From: Escherichia coli
Lineage (GTDB): Bacteria; Pseudomonadota; Gammaproteobacteria; Enterobacterales; Enterobacteriaceae
Assembly (NCBI RefSeq): GCF_044324875.1
Contig: NZ_CP172185.1
Reading direction: 5' to 3' (one strand)
DNA length: 64,000 nucleotides
In this document: positions 10,741 to 25,421 of the stretch, one piece after another
How positions within the stretch are numbered: position 1 is the stretch's first letter
How the letters are laid out: every line of letters starts with the position of its first letter
The notes under the pieces: generated by a model
Database searches by the model: none
Seen by the model: only the letters and a program-made list of their open reading frames with translations
What the model was told of the DNA's origin: nothing
Program-made: the position numbers and the translations under genes

Positions 10741-11290
10741 TGAGATAATTTCCTGATGAACGAATTAACGAACATAGGCAGACACAAATAATGGCGTCTG
10801 CTTGTCAGAAAAACCGGGGATTTCCCGGTTTCCTTTTCCGCAGAAAAGGAAATACCTTTATGTAAGAAAGTACACCGCCACCTAATATATCCAGTGTCTG
10901 TAGCCACTCATCAGGTGGTTGGGCGCGGGATTATATTTTTATTTATGGGTAAAAATTTAGCTTTTTGTGCAAGTTATTAAATAGATACTTAAGTTATATT
11001 TCTTACTCTGCGGGCAGTGAATAATTCATTATTAAGAGTGAATAATAATGACCTGTCTTTAATTAATCGCTATTGGGAATACGTCGAAGTAGGTATATAC
11101 ACCAGGATAAACCAATATATTTTTTATGGATATTCATTTTTCTTCATCAGACTGTGAATTGCAGGGATATCGAACTTGCACGACTCATCGCAACACTCAA
11201 GCAGATTTATGAATTTCGTTCATAACCCCTGACAAATCCTGCCGTCTAATCGAGCTCTTCCCTTTACGTTATGCTTCTCATGAACGATAA

Positions 11291-13581
<2,291 letters not shown>

Positions 13582-13591
13582 CTACCGCTTT

Positions 13592-14347
13592 TTAACGCGT
13601 TTTTTCGCTGCTTTCCACTACCGGGGGATTTTTCCTCAGTGACTCTCCCTGAAGGACCACTCGGTGTGAGTTATGTACCAGTCTGTCCAGGATGGCATCT
13701 GCTGTTGTTGGGTTCTCCATCAGACCATGCCATTTATCTACCGGGAACTGGCTTACCACTATCGTGCTGCTTTGTCCGTAACGATCCTCTATGAGCTCCA
13801 GAAGGTCATTACACTGGGCGTTACTTAACTGTTCCAGCCCCAGATCGTCCAGGATTAGAACCTGTATTTTTTGCAACTGTTTCAGATATTTCAGCCAGCT
13901 GCCATCAACACGTCCCTGAGCCAGTTGTTCCAGTAATCGCCCGGTTCTACAGTACCGGACGCTGTGTTTCTGTCGACATGCCTGTTCGCCCAGCGCATTG
14001 GCTATCCAGCTCTTGCCACATCCTGTCGGACCGGTTATCAGCAGGTTTTTCCTGTGGGTTATGTAGTGGCCGTTCAGCAGTTCTCTCATCTGTTCAGCCC
14101 GCAGACCTCTTGAGGCCGGATAGCGCAGCCCTTCCGGTGTTGCCTGGTATTTCAGGCCGGCATTTTTTCTCAACCGTGCCACACGGCTGTTTTCCCTGCT
14201 CAGAAGCTCGTCATCAACCAGCAGCGTCAGCCTTTCCTCGAACGACAGTTCGTCGTAGGTCTGAGGCGTTTCCCGCTGCCGTATCAGGCTCCCGGCCATC
14301 GCCGGGAGTTTCAGTTGGGTCAGTTTGTTTAACAGGTTATCACTCAT
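13592..14347 (-). CDS. istB: IS21-family helper ATPase IstB (251 aa from MSDNLL)
   Basis: Walker A GPTGCGKS, DnaC-like; start overlaps istA stop. Confidence 0.8.
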   Translation of the reverse strand: MSDNLLNKLTQLKLPAMAGSLIRQRETPQTYDELSFEERLTLLVDDELLSRENSRVARLRKNAGLKYQATPEGLRYPASRGLRAEQMRELLNGHYITHRKNLLITGPTGCGKSWIANALGEQACRQKHSVRYCRTGRLLEQLAQGRVDGSWLKYLKQLQKIQVLILDDLGLEQLSNAQCNDLLELIEDRYGQSSTIVVSQFPVDKWHGLMENPTTADAILDRLVHNSHRVVLQGESLRKNPPVVESSEKTR

Positions 14348-14363
14348 ACTGTTGTTCCTTCTG

Positions 14364-15899
14364 TCAGTGGTAGTAGCCCGGACCACGCAGGTTTTCATGC
14401 TCTGAAGCATATGCCGGATGTTGTTCGCCCTGGCGGGATAATGGAAGCTCCAGGTTCTCCCGATGGTGACGCAGCAGATTGTCGATAAAGCGTCTGTCAG
14501 GGGCGTTATAGTGCAGGGCAACGTAACAGGCCTTTTCCAGCCGTTCCGGGCCGTATTTTTTCTGAAGTGCCAGCAGCCCCAGAACTGCACGATAAGCCAG
14601 TTCCGGATGGGGTTTTGCCTTCAGCATGGATTCAACCACCCGGCCTGTGGACGGGCCCGTACGTTTTCCCTGCTCGATCAGGCGTTCCGGTGTCCATGTC
14701 CCGTGCTGCCGGTGGCGCTCTGGCATGTGAAGCGGATTGGTTGTGTGTTTATATTCATGTGTGCTGCGCGGATGTTGCGCCACACACTGCCCCTTGTGCC
14801 AGAGCTGTACCACCGACTGCCCCGCCTTCAGTGACAGACGCTGACCGACCAGTTCGTGTGGAACGGAGTACCAGTGACGGGCATATTCAACGTGGTAGTC
14901 AGGGCCAACCTTCACAGCTTTGTATTCCGTGTATTCATAAGGTGCCAGAGGCAGCGGAGAGAGTGCTGGCGCATCCAGTATGCGGAAGCGTTCTGCACGG
15001 GTTTGATTGCCGTACCCCTTCATTGGCCGGTTATTCATGTCTGTCAGTAACTCCCTAAGGCGCGCATTCAGCGCCCTGAGCGTGTGGAAGGTTTCATTAC
15101 GGATGCGGGCAAGAAGCCATCGTTCAACGATGAGGACGCCGTTTTCTGCTTTTGGTTTATCTTTAGGTTTGCGTGGTCGGGCCGGGATGATAACCGTGCC
15201 ATAGTGCTCAGCCAGTGCCTGATAACTGTCGTTGATGACAGGCTCATATCGATCGGCCTTTTTCACTGCGCTTCTGAGGTTATCGGGGATGAGCAGCTTC
15301 GGTACGCCGCCCAGGAAGGTCAGGCAACGGCTGTGGGCATTTAACCATGACATCATGTCCTGACCTTCGCACGCTTCAACGTAGGTATAGTTGGACGCCC
15401 CCATTACGGCCACGAAGATTGCCACGCGGCGTATCTCACCGGTGTCCGGATTAATAACAGGAACCGTAGGACCACAGAAGTCGATAAAAAGCTTTTCGCC
15501 GGCACGATGCTCCTGGCGCATGGAGAGACGTCGCGTTTTTTTCCACTCCCGGTAGCAACGGCAGAAGTGCGAGTATCCCATCGCTTTGTTACCCGCCTGT
15601 GCCTTGTATTCCATCCACAACAGTTGCCGCGTCACACCTGGTTTTCTCATTTCCGTATCGAAGTACAACATGTCAGGCATTACAAGCTCTGATGCAAAGG
15701 TGTCTTTGGGCGGAAAAATGAGTTTCTCCAGCGTGTCATGGGATATATCAGCAGGTAATGGCCATGACAGAGAAGAGGCTTTGAAGCGGGCAAGAACCTC
15801 AAAAACGGTTGAGGCGCTGATGTGTAACGTCAGTCCGATACAACGGTTAGTCAGCTTCTTGTCGAACTTGAGCTGAAGGATCTTAAAACAGGTTTCCAT
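14364..15899 (-). CDS. istA: IS21-family transposase IstA (start uncertain; track ORF extends to 16010)
   Basis: N-terminal HTH and DDE transposase core; gene order typical of IS21 family. Confidence 0.75.
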   Translation of the reverse strand: METCFKILQLKFDKKLTNRCIGLTLHISASTVFEVLARFKASSLSWPLPADISHDTLEKLIFPPKDTFASELVMPDMLYFDTEMRKPGVTRQLLWMEYKAQAGNKAMGYSHFCRCYREWKKTRRLSMRQEHRAGEKLFIDFCGPTVPVINPDTGEIRRVAIFVAVMGASNYTYVEACEGQDMMSWLNAHSRCLTFLGGVPKLLIPDNLRSAVKKADRYEPVINDSYQALAEHYGTVIIPARPRKPKDKPKAENGVLIVERWLLARIRNETFHTLRALNARLRELLTDMNNRPMKGYGNQTRAERFRILDAPALSPLPLAPYEYTEYKAVKVGPDYHVEYARHWYSVPHELVGQRLSLKAGQSVVQLWHKGQCVAQHPRSTHEYKHTTNPLHMPERHRQHGTWTPERLIEQGKRTGPSTGRVVESMLKAKPHPELAYRAVLGLLALQKKYGPERLEKACYVALHYNAPDRRFIDNLLRHHRENLELPLSRQGEQHPAYASEHENLRGPGYYH

Positions 15900-16013
15900 A
15901 GTGCTCCTGGATTTTCTCTTTCTGGACATTGACGTCTCCACTGGTTTAAACACGGCAATGGAGACTGTGGTGAAAAGAGTTAATTCCCGGAGTGACTGGC
16001 AGGATGCCAATCA

Positions 16014-16859
<846 letters not shown>

Positions 16860-16941
16860 CTAAACTTTCAGGAGATTTATTATGAATAAACGTATCCTCA
16901 CGATTGCGCCATTCTTCTTACCGATATTCTGACACACATCA

Positions 16942-17868
16942 TTAACTTTCTATTTTTACTCTTTTCTCCACCATAAAATCAATAAAAGCACGAACTTTAG
17001 AGGGCATTCTCACCCGTGATGAAACATATATATAAAATCCAGGAAATGAAACGGCCCAATCCTCAAGAATCGGCTGTAACTTGCCCGCATTGATATGTTC
17101 AGCGATTGCAAAATCCAGATGTTGAATGATACCCGTTCCATTCAGCGCCATTCGTATCATGCTTTCGTCATCATTAGAAATATACTTACCTGAAACCTCT
17201 ATTTCGAACTCTTCATTACCCCCCACAACATTAGAAAACTCCCATGCAGAGAGTGCACCGCTACTTTTATGCCGCAACCGAAGGCAATTATGGTTACTCA
17301 GTTCCTGAGGCGTTTCAGGAATACCGTGTTCTTTTAAATAATCTGGCGATGCCACAGTAACCAGTTTAATAAGCGGAGAAACAGGAACGGCAGTCATATG
17401 CTCATCCAGTCCTTGCTCAAGACGTATGCCCACATCACAGCCGTCCGCAATAATGTTAGATAAACCGTCATCCATAATGAGTTCTATCTTTGTTTTGGGG
17501 TAACGAGTAAGAAACTCGCCAATATGAGGCTCAACAAGCATCCGTGCTGCAACACGGGAGGAATTTATTCTCAACAGGCCTGTAGGTTCAAGTTGGGTAT
17601 CACCAACATCTTTCAAAGCATCATCAATTTGCCCCAAAGCCGACACCAGCACTTCATACAGACGCTGTCCTTCCTCAGTAAGCGACATATTGCGGGTCGT
17701 ACGGTATATCAGCTTGGTGTTAAGACGTTCCTCAAGAGATTTTAAATTCTGGGACAATGCGGCCCGCGTAATACCCATTTCAGAAGCGGCTCTGGAAAAA
17801 CTGCCGGCACGAACAATAAGCGCAAACCAGGCAAGAGAAGGCAAAATTGAAGGCTCTATTTTCATCAT
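16942..17868 (-). CDS. LysR-family transcriptional regulator (start uncertain)
   Basis: N-terminal LysR HTH (FSRAASEMGITRAALSQNLKSLEERL), C-terminal substrate-binding domain; divergent from hydrolase gene. Confidence 0.75.
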   Translation of the reverse strand: MMKIEPSILPSLAWFALIVRAGSFSRAASEMGITRAALSQNLKSLEERLNTKLIYRTTRNMSLTEEGQRLYEVLVSALGQIDDALKDVGDTQLEPTGLLRINSSRVAARMLVEPHIGEFLTRYPKTKIELIMDDGLSNIIADGCDVGIRLEQGLDEHMTAVPVSPLIKLVTVASPDYLKEHGIPETPQELSNHNCLRLRHKSSGALSAWEFSNVVGGNEEFEIEVSGKYISNDDESMIRMALNGTGIIQHLDFAIAEHINAGKLQPILEDWAVSFPGFYIYVSSRVRMPSKVRAFIDFMVEKRVKIES

Positions 17869-18024
17869 TGTAAACCTTAACTTAACACTGTGATAGATAT
17901 TAGACCATTGATGATAACCAATACAAGTCATACTATTACGCCGTTCTCGATATGAACACGAATGCCAGTTGCGGATAATAGAAATGATATTTAAATCTGT
18001 TTAGGCAAATCCCCGGAGCTTGAA

Positions 18025-18945
18025 ATGAAAACTGTTTCGATAAAACATACTTACTGGGATATAGCTGCTGATATCTATTTCCCTGACGATTTTAATAGTG
18101 AAAAAAAGTATCCTGCCATTATCAGCGCCCATCCAATTGGAAGCTGCAAAGAACAGACATCGGGTAGTGTGTATGGTGCCGCCCTGGCAAAAGCTGGCTT
18201 TATCGTCATTGCTTTTGATGCCAGTTTTCAGGGAAGCAGCGGTGGAGAACCGCGTTATCTGGAAGATCCAACAATGCGAGTAAAAGACTTCAGCATTGTC
18301 GTTGATTACCTTACCACCTTACCTTACGTTGATGCCGGGCGTATTGGTGTACTGGGTATTTGTGGTGGAGGTGGATATGCCATTAATGCCGCAATGACAG
18401 AACGTCGAATTAAAGCTATTGGTACTGTCACGGGTGCAAACTACGGGCGTCTTATGCGTGAGGGATTTACAGCGTTTAATCCTATCGGAGCACTCGAAGC
18501 GATGGCGCAACAAAGAACAGACGAAGCTAACGGCGCAAAACTTCGCGTAGATGATTTACTCCCCTCTTCTCCGGATGCAGCTCTTGAAGCGGGATTAACA
18601 GAAATAGACCTTTTTGAAGCCACAGAATATTATCGTTCGCCACGAGGCTGTGCACCTAATGGGGTAAATCGTTCGCTATTCTCACATCAGACTGTTGCCG
18701 TGGGTTGGGATGCATTTCATCTTGCAGAAGTCCTGTTAACTCAACCAATAATGGTTGTGGTGGGCGATAGAGTGGGCGCATTTGGTGCCTACCGTGACGG
18801 CTGCGAAATTATTGGCCGCGCTGCCTCAAAACATAAAGAGCTGGTCGTGGTTGAAGGTTATTCACATTACGACCTGTATGATAAGCCAGAACCTGTGAAA
18901 CAGGCACTCGAAAAATTAATTCCTTTTTATAAAACACATTTGTAA
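18025..18945 (+). CDS. Alpha/beta-hydrolase fold protein, cytoplasmic (306 aa)
   Basis: Nucleophile elbow GICGGGG and C-terminal GYSHYDLYD; paralog of the 38418..39575 product. Confidence 0.65.
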   Translation: MKTVSIKHTYWDIAADIYFPDDFNSEKKYPAIISAHPIGSCKEQTSGSVYGAALAKAGFIVIAFDASFQGSSGGEPRYLEDPTMRVKDFSIVVDYLTTLPYVDAGRIGVLGICGGGGYAINAAMTERRIKAIGTVTGANYGRLMREGFTAFNPIGALEAMAQQRTDEANGAKLRVDDLLPSSPDAALEAGLTEIDLFEATEYYRSPRGCAPNGVNRSLFSHQTVAVGWDAFHLAEVLLTQPIMVVVGDRVGAFGAYRDGCEIIGRAASKHKELVVVEGYSHYDLYDKPEPVKQALEKLIPFYKTHL

Positions 18946-19117
18946 TAATCTTACAGGGAGATTCCTTATCTCCCTGACATTTATCCTTTATTGACTACAC
19001 AACAATAATAAAATTACTCAAAAAGAATTCTATTAAAGGAAAAAAGCATCAAAAAGTAGCAACTCAACTTATTAAGATTATACGCATTAAAATCAGATAA
19101 ACATTTGAGGTATTGTT

Positions 19118-20260
19118 ATGACAAATAAACACCCATCATTGTTTTCTCCTTTTATGCTGACAGAAAAAATAAAGCTACGTAATCGTATCGTTATGGCCCC
19201 TATGACGACCTGGTCAGCGAATCCTGATGGAACCATCTCTGAGCAAGAACTCGAATTTTATAAACGCCGCTCACAAAATGTTGGTTTAGTAATAACAGGA
19301 TGTACCTATGTCACGCCAAGCGGCATTGGGTTTACTCATGAATTTGCCGCGTATGACGACCGTTTCATTAACAGCCTTGAAAAGTTAGCAGCGGCAGCCA
19401 AAAGTGGCGGTGCTCCGGCTATTTTGCAGATTTTCCACGCCGGTAATAAAGCCATCCCGGAGCTTGTACCAAATAACGATGTTATTAGTGCCAGCGCATC
19501 AAGCGTAAAATCTGGTGACTTTATGAAGAGAGTGGTACAAAGCAGGGAAATGACTGAAAACGAAATTCAGGAAACCATTAGAGCATTCGGAGATGTCACA
19601 AAAAGGGCGATTAAAGCAGGTTTTGATGGCATTGAACTTCATGGTGCGCACGGATTCCTTCTACAGAATTTCTTCTCCCCTCTATTTAACCAGCGTAATG
19701 ACCGATGGGGAGGAGATCTCGAAAGACGTATGCGATTCCCGCTGGCCGTATTACAGGAAGTAAAAAATGTAGTCTATGAATATGCGACAAAGCCCTTTGC
19801 CATCGGTTACAGAATATCTCCTGAAGAATCTGCAACAGGGGGGCTGCGGATAGAGGATACTTATAAACTCCTTGATCGGCTCATTGCATCCGGTATTTCG
19901 TATATACATACCTCGCTGGTCAGTATTAACGATAGCTACCCTGTTGAGTCGCCAAATGGCCCCCGAACTATTGAATTGATTTTAAATCATATTGCAGGCA
20001 GAGTGCCGGTAATCGCTGCAGGTAAAATACGCACACCGTCTCAGGCTCAAGAAGCAATTTCCACTGGCCTGCCACTTGTTGCGATCGGTAAAGGGCTGGT
20101 GATAAATCCAGAATGGGTGACTTTAGCTGAATCAGGTAGAAGCCATGAAATTCAAACAACCCTTAATCCACAACTTGTTCCTGAATTAACCATTCCGGAT
20201 AAACTATGGGATCAAATTCAGGCATCGAAAGGAACTGGCTGGTTTCCGTTAATGGATTAA
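19118..20260 (+). CDS. Old Yellow Enzyme-family NAD(P)H:flavin oxidoreductase (380 aa)
   Basis: TIM-barrel OYE motifs (RIVMAPMTT, GFDGIELHGAHGFLL, IAAGKI). Confidence 0.75.
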   Translation: MTNKHPSLFSPFMLTEKIKLRNRIVMAPMTTWSANPDGTISEQELEFYKRRSQNVGLVITGCTYVTPSGIGFTHEFAAYDDRFINSLEKLAAAAKSGGAPAILQIFHAGNKAIPELVPNNDVISASASSVKSGDFMKRVVQSREMTENEIQETIRAFGDVTKRAIKAGFDGIELHGAHGFLLQNFFSPLFNQRNDRWGGDLERRMRFPLAVLQEVKNVVYEYATKPFAIGYRISPEESATGGLRIEDTYKLLDRLIASGISYIHTSLVSINDSYPVESPNGPRTIELILNHIAGRVPVIAAGKIRTPSQAQEAISTGLPLVAIGKGLVINPEWVTLAESGRSHEIQTTLNPQLVPELTIPDKLWDQIQASKGTGWFPLMD

Positions 20261-20731
20261 ATATCTATTACTCTCCCGAGTGTAAAACTATCAAACCAAT
20301 GAGTAACCGATACAGCCTCGCAAATTCTTTCAGATAATTAACCCGTCACTGCGGCACGTTCTCTCATAAGGCGTGCCTGCTGTGTAATCCAGTATGGATC
20401 CAGCATAGTTGACGGCTTAATAGACTCAATTCCTTTCCCAGGTTACCAACAACGATATCTTGTATAACACCCCAGAAGATACGACATTATGATGAGATGA
20501 GGTATGCTCCTCAGCGCCAATCAACGCCAGGGCTGGGCCAGTTTTGAGATCAGACTCATTCCCGGACTGACTTCAGGCGACATATATCAATGACGTTGGG
20601 GCAATAAAAGATAGCCGATGTAATACATCTATTCAAATTTGTGATACATGTCAAAAAATTGGTTGACCAAACTCGTTATTTATATAAGGGCACTTACGAA
20701 GTGCACTCTTTTTTAAAGCGAGGAAGTACCA

Positions 20732-20833
20732 ATGAAAGAGAATAAAGTACAACAAATCAGTCATAAACTGATTAATATCGTTGTTTTTGTCGCAATTGTA
20801 GAATACGCCTATTTATTTCTCCATTTCTATTAA
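20732..20833 (+). CDS. ykgR: Small hydrophobic protein YkgR (33 aa)
   Basis: MKENKVQQISHKLINIVVFVAIVEYAYLFLHFY; GAGG 7 nt upstream of ATG. Confidence 0.6.
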   Translation: MKENKVQQISHKLINIVVFVAIVEYAYLFLHFY

Positions 20834-21162
20834 TAACGGCAATAAACTGTTCACTTCAGTGATATTAAAAAATATGCATCCTCTCCCTTTTTTGTAAGTA
20901 ATTATTATATCCGTGGGAGAGGAATACACGCTGTCCGGCAATCAATCAAACTGCGATAAATCATCGGCCAGTAAAATGGAGATAGCCTCCATTCTCGAAA
21001 AATTCATACTCTCAGCGAAACCATCACTCATCAAGGCGTTTATGGGAGCGTCGCCAATGGCTGCTAACAATGCCAGACTTCCCCGTTGCCGAAATTCCAC
21101 ATACCACAAATGGTCACAGGGATTGGGTGTTGAAATGATCCGGATGAGCATGTATCTTTATG

Positions 21163-21180
21163 GTTATGTTATAACATAAC
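21163..21180. promoter_or_regulatory. Zur box upstream of ykgM-ykgO
   Basis: Perfect palindrome gttatgttataacataac 9 bp before the rpmE2 start. Confidence 0.7.
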
Positions 21181-21188
21181 AGGTAAAA

Positions 21189-21455
21189 ATGATGAAGCCC
21201 AATATCCATCCTGAGTATCGTACTGTGGTGTTCCACGACACCAGTGTTGATGAGTACTTTAAAATCGGCTCGACTATCAAAACAGACCGTGAGATTGAGC
21301 TGGATGGCGTAACGTATCCGTACGTGACAATTGATGTCTCTTCTAAATCGCACCCGTTCTATACAGGGAAGCTGAGAACAGTGGCATCAGAAGGAAATGT
21401 TGCACGATTCACCCAACGTTTTGGTCGTTTTGTTAGCACGAAAAAGGGGGCATGA
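21189..21455 (+). CDS. ykgM: Zinc-independent ribosomal protein L31 paralog (type B)
   Basis: [19 protein letters not shown]...; lacks CxxC zinc ribbon. Confidence 0.85.
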
Positions 21456-21595
21456 TGAAAGTCCTTAACTCTCTGCGTACCGCAAAAGAACGCCATCCAG
21501 ACTGTCAGATTGTGAAGCGAAAAGGACGGCTATATGTGATTTGTAAATCTAATCCACGTTTTAAGGCCGTTCAGGGTCGTAAGAAAAAACGTTGA
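21455..21595 (+). CDS. ykgO: Zinc-independent ribosomal protein L36 paralog (46 aa)
   Basis: [46 protein letters not shown]; ATG overlaps ykgM stop (ATGA); below track size cut-off. Confidence 0.85.
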   Translation: MKVLNSLRTAKERHPDCQIVKRKGRLYVICKSNPRFKAVQGRKKKR

Positions 21596-22172
21596 TTCAA
21601 AATTCGACGAATTAACGATATTTGTCTGATTAATAATCAGACCGGATTAATGTTGGTGTATTTATTACACCAGCATTAATTTTCCTGAGGATGTATCTTC
21701 CTGTTCATTTAAGGTCAACTGCCTGACGTTTCTCTCCGAATATTCCATTATATTAATGTTGACTTGTTGACCAGGTGCGCCCTGTATGCTGGCATCAACT
21801 CTCTTTTAGACTGAACACGCCACTCAGTTTCCTCCCTTTGCGACGCAGCCTGCATTTACACTCAAACGGTTAAGATGATAAATGTGGTAAATCTGTTGGT
21901 ACTGACATAAAAACGTTTACGCCACAGGAACGGCCTGATCCACCGGTAACCCCATCGCCGACGTTCGAGTGCCAGTTAGAGTAACGCGCACAGATGACTG
22001 AATGCAGTGCCCTGGCAAAGAGGCCATCGTTCCTGTGACAACTGGCAGTCTTCGTTTAACTTCACTTAATTTGGCTCTTAGGGGGCTTACCGGACAGATG
22101 ACGTACTTACACCTGTTTAATTTTTCATCACTTATTGGGATGAACACCCATAACCATGGTAATGACTCCAAC

Positions 22173-22676
22173 TTATTGATAGTGTTTTATGTTCAGATAA
22201 TGCCCGATGACTTTGTCATGCAGCTCCACCGATTTTGAGAACGACAGCGACTTCCGTCCCAGCCGTGCCAGGTGCTGCCTCAGATTCAGGTTATGCCGCT
22301 CAATTCGCTGCGTATATCGCTTGCTGATTACGTGCAGCTTTCCCTTCAGGCGGGATTCATACAGTGGCCAGCCATCCGTCATCCATATCACCACGTCAAA
22401 GGGTGACAGCAGGCTCATAAGACGCCCCAGCGTCGCCATAGTGCGTTCACCGAATACGTGCGCAACAACCGTCTTCCGGAGCCTGTCATACGCGTAAAAC
22501 AGCCAGCGCTGGCGCGATTTAGCCCCGACATAGCCCCACTGTTCGTCCATTTCCGCGCAGACGATGACGTCACTGCCCGGCTGTATGCGCGAGGTTACCG
22601 ACTGCGGCCTGAGTTTTTTAAGTGACGTAAAATCGTGTTGAGGCCAACGCCCATAATGCGGGCAGTTGCCCGGCAT
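22173..22676 (-). CDS. insB: IS1 transposase InsB frame (made as InsAB by -1 frameshift)
   Basis: 167-aa ORF overlapping insA 3' end. Confidence 0.85.
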
Positions 22677-22870
22677 CCAACGCCATTCATGGCCATATCA
22701 ATGATTTTCTGGTGCGTACCGGGTTGAGAAGCGGTGTAAGTGAACTGCAGTTGCCATGTTTTACGGCAGTGAGAGCAGAGATAGCGCTGATGTCCGGCGG
22801 TGCTTTTGCCGTTACGCACCACCCCGTCAGTAGCTGAACAGGAGGGACAGCTGATAGAAACAGAAGCCAC
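22595..22870 (-). CDS. insA: IS1 protein InsA
   Basis: 91-aa ORF with zinc-finger CPSC...CSHC and HTH. Confidence 0.9.
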
Positions 22871-23396
22871 TGGAGCACCTCAAAAACACCATCATACACT
22901 AAATCAGTAAGTTGGCAGCATCACCCATGAACACCCATAACCATTTTGTGCGGCATGTTAATCCATTAAAACACCTTACTGATTGGCAAATCATCTTTAA
23001 TTATGACTCATGATAGTTTTATATTCTATTTATTATCATTTAAACTTGTTTTTTTACTAGTCCATTACACAACACATTAAGACTATTCCTAACACCTCAG
23101 GGCAAAGTTCCTGGCTAATATAAAATGCAAGTAAGAATTGAACGTTATATTGCCAATAACCTTATGAAACTGAATGTCTTTTTCTTCTTATCAAAAAAGC
23201 AATATTTTCATTTTTTGTAAATATTGACTTAACCATGGAATTCCTTTTCTGTTCACATATTGACACTCATCAGGAAAAAAACATAAATTTAAACCTAATC
23301 GAAATAATTAAAACTTAATCTCGTTTAACCTATATTGATATGTGCTACGTATCTTATTTACTTCCGATTTACTAAAGAAACTGAATGTACCTGTAA

Positions 23397-24008
<612 letters not shown>

Positions 24009-24082
24009 ACTCCAGGCAAGTTAGTTTTAAAAAATGACTCACAGGGACATCACGTCCTCAATTCAACTCGGGAAGAAAAGCA

Positions 24083-24670
24083 ATGAAAAAAAAGGTTCTG
24101 GCAATAGCTCTGGTAACGGTGTTTACCGGCATGGGTGTGGCGCAGGCTGCTGACGTAACAGCTCAGGCTGTAGCGACCTGGTCAGCAACAGCCAAAAAAG
24201 ACACCACCAGTAAGCTGGTTGTGACGCCACTCGGTAGCCTGGCGTTCCAGTATGCCGAAGGCATTAAAGGTTTTAACTCACAGAAAGGTCTATTTGACGT
24301 AGCTATCGAGGGTGACTCAACGGCTACCGCCTTTAAACTGACCTCACGTCTTATCACCAACACCTTAACCCAGTTGGATACCTCAGGTTCCACACTGAAT
24401 GTGGGCGTGGATTATAACGGCGCGGCAGTCGAAAAAACTGGCGATACCGTGATGATCGATACCGCCAACGGCGTACTGGGCGGCAACCTTAGCCCACTGG
24501 CTAACGGTTACAATGCCAGCAATCGTACCACCGCACAGGATGGTTTCACTTTCTCCATCATCAGCGGCACCACCAATGGTACCACCGCAGTAACCGATTA
24601 CAGCACTCTACCGGAAGGCATCTGGAGCGGCGACGTTAGCGTACAGTTCGACGCGACCTGGACCAGTTAA
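24083..24670 (+). CDS. ecpA: E. coli common pilus major subunit
   Basis: Signal peptide, pilin-like T/S-rich sequence, first gene after ecpR. Confidence 0.85.
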   Translation: MKKKVLAIALVTVFTGMGVAQAADVTAQAVATWSATAKKDTTSKLVVTPLGSLAFQYAEGIKGFNSQKGLFDVAIEGDSTATAFKLTSRLITNTLTQLDTSGSTLNVGVDYNGAAVEKTGDTVMIDTANGVLGGNLSPLANGYNASNRTTAQDGFTFSIISGTTNGTTAVTDYSTLPEGIWSGDVSVQFDATWTS

Positions 24671-24685
24671 TCTCTCTGATGTACC

Positions 24686-24711
24686 AGCAGGGGTAGCCCC
24701 CCTGCTTTATT
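24686..24711 (+). terminator. Hairpin between ecpA and ecpB (partial terminator/attenuator)
   Basis: agcaggggtagcccccctgct followed by ttatt. Confidence 0.55.
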
Positions 24712-24727
24712 CCTGGACGGAATTGTT

Positions 24728-25396
24728 ATGAAAAAGCACCTTCTGCCTCTCGCTCTGCTGTTTTCCGGAATATCTCCGGCCCAGGCGCTGGATGTCGGCG
24801 ATATATCATCGTTTATGAACAGTGACAGCAGCACGCTGAGCAAAACGATCAAAAACAGTACCGACAGTGGTCGCCTTATCAATATCCGTCTCGAACGGCT
24901 CTCTTCACCGCTTGACGACGGGCAGGTTATCTCAATGGACAAGCCGGATGAGTTGCTACTCACTCCCGCCAGCTTGCTGCTACCCGCCCAAGCCAGCGAA
25001 GTGATCCGCTTCTTCTATAAGGGACCCGCAGATGAAAAAGAGCGCTACTACCGCATTGTCTGGTTTGATCAGGCCCTCAGTGATGCGCAGCGCGATAATG
25101 CCAACCGTAGCGCTGTGGCCACTGCTTCCGCCCGCATCGGCACCATTCTGGTCGTCGCCCCTCGCCAGGCGAACTACCACTTTCAGTACGCCAACGGCTC
25201 CCTGACAAATACAGGAAATGCGACGCTGCGGATCCTCGCCTACGGCCCCTGCCTGAAAGCCGCCAATGGTAAGGAGTGTAAAGAGAATTACTACCTGATG
25301 CCGGGCAAGTCGCGTCGTTTTACCCGCGTGGACACGGCGGATAACAAAGGACGGGTTGCACTTTGGCAGGGTGATAAGTTCATTCCCGTGAAATAG
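24728..25396 (+). CDS. ecpB: Pilus chaperone EcpB
   Basis: Signal peptide; operon position. Confidence 0.8.
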   Translation: MKKHLLPLALLFSGISPAQALDVGDISSFMNSDSSTLSKTIKNSTDSGRLINIRLERLSSPLDDGQVISMDKPDELLLTPASLLLPAQASEVIRFFYKGPADEKERYYRIVWFDQALSDAQRDNANRSAVATASARIGTILVVAPRQANYHFQYANGSLTNTGNATLRILAYGPCLKAANGKECKENYYLMPGKSRRFTRVDTADNKGRVALWQGDKFIPVK

Positions 25397-25421
25397 ATAG
25401 CTGTGCAGATGGATAACGACA

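Larger units (their letters stand above)
22158..22925 (-). mobile_element. IS1 (768 bp)
   Basis: Terminal sequences ggtaatgactccaacttattgat... and ...atcagtaagttggcagcatcacc; insA/insB pair. Confidence 0.9.
22002..23013 (+). pseudogene. ykgL: Small ORF ykgL split by IS1 (52 codons at 22002..22157, 22 codons plus stop at 22945..23013)
   Basis: Frame is continuous across the IS1 insertion; the joined halves give a 74-codon ORF. Confidence 0.55.

Noticed and set aside
10614-10907. 97-aa minus-strand ORF spanning the eaeH start
   Set aside because: Overlaps the eaeH N-terminus out of frame and extends into the hairpin leader; no independent support
20913-21179. 88-aa plus-strand ORF and overlapping 69-aa minus-strand ORF between ykgR and ykgM
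   Set aside because: Overlap the Zur-box promoter region; no ribosome-binding site or motif; probably non-coding, though a decayed gene fragment cannot be excluded
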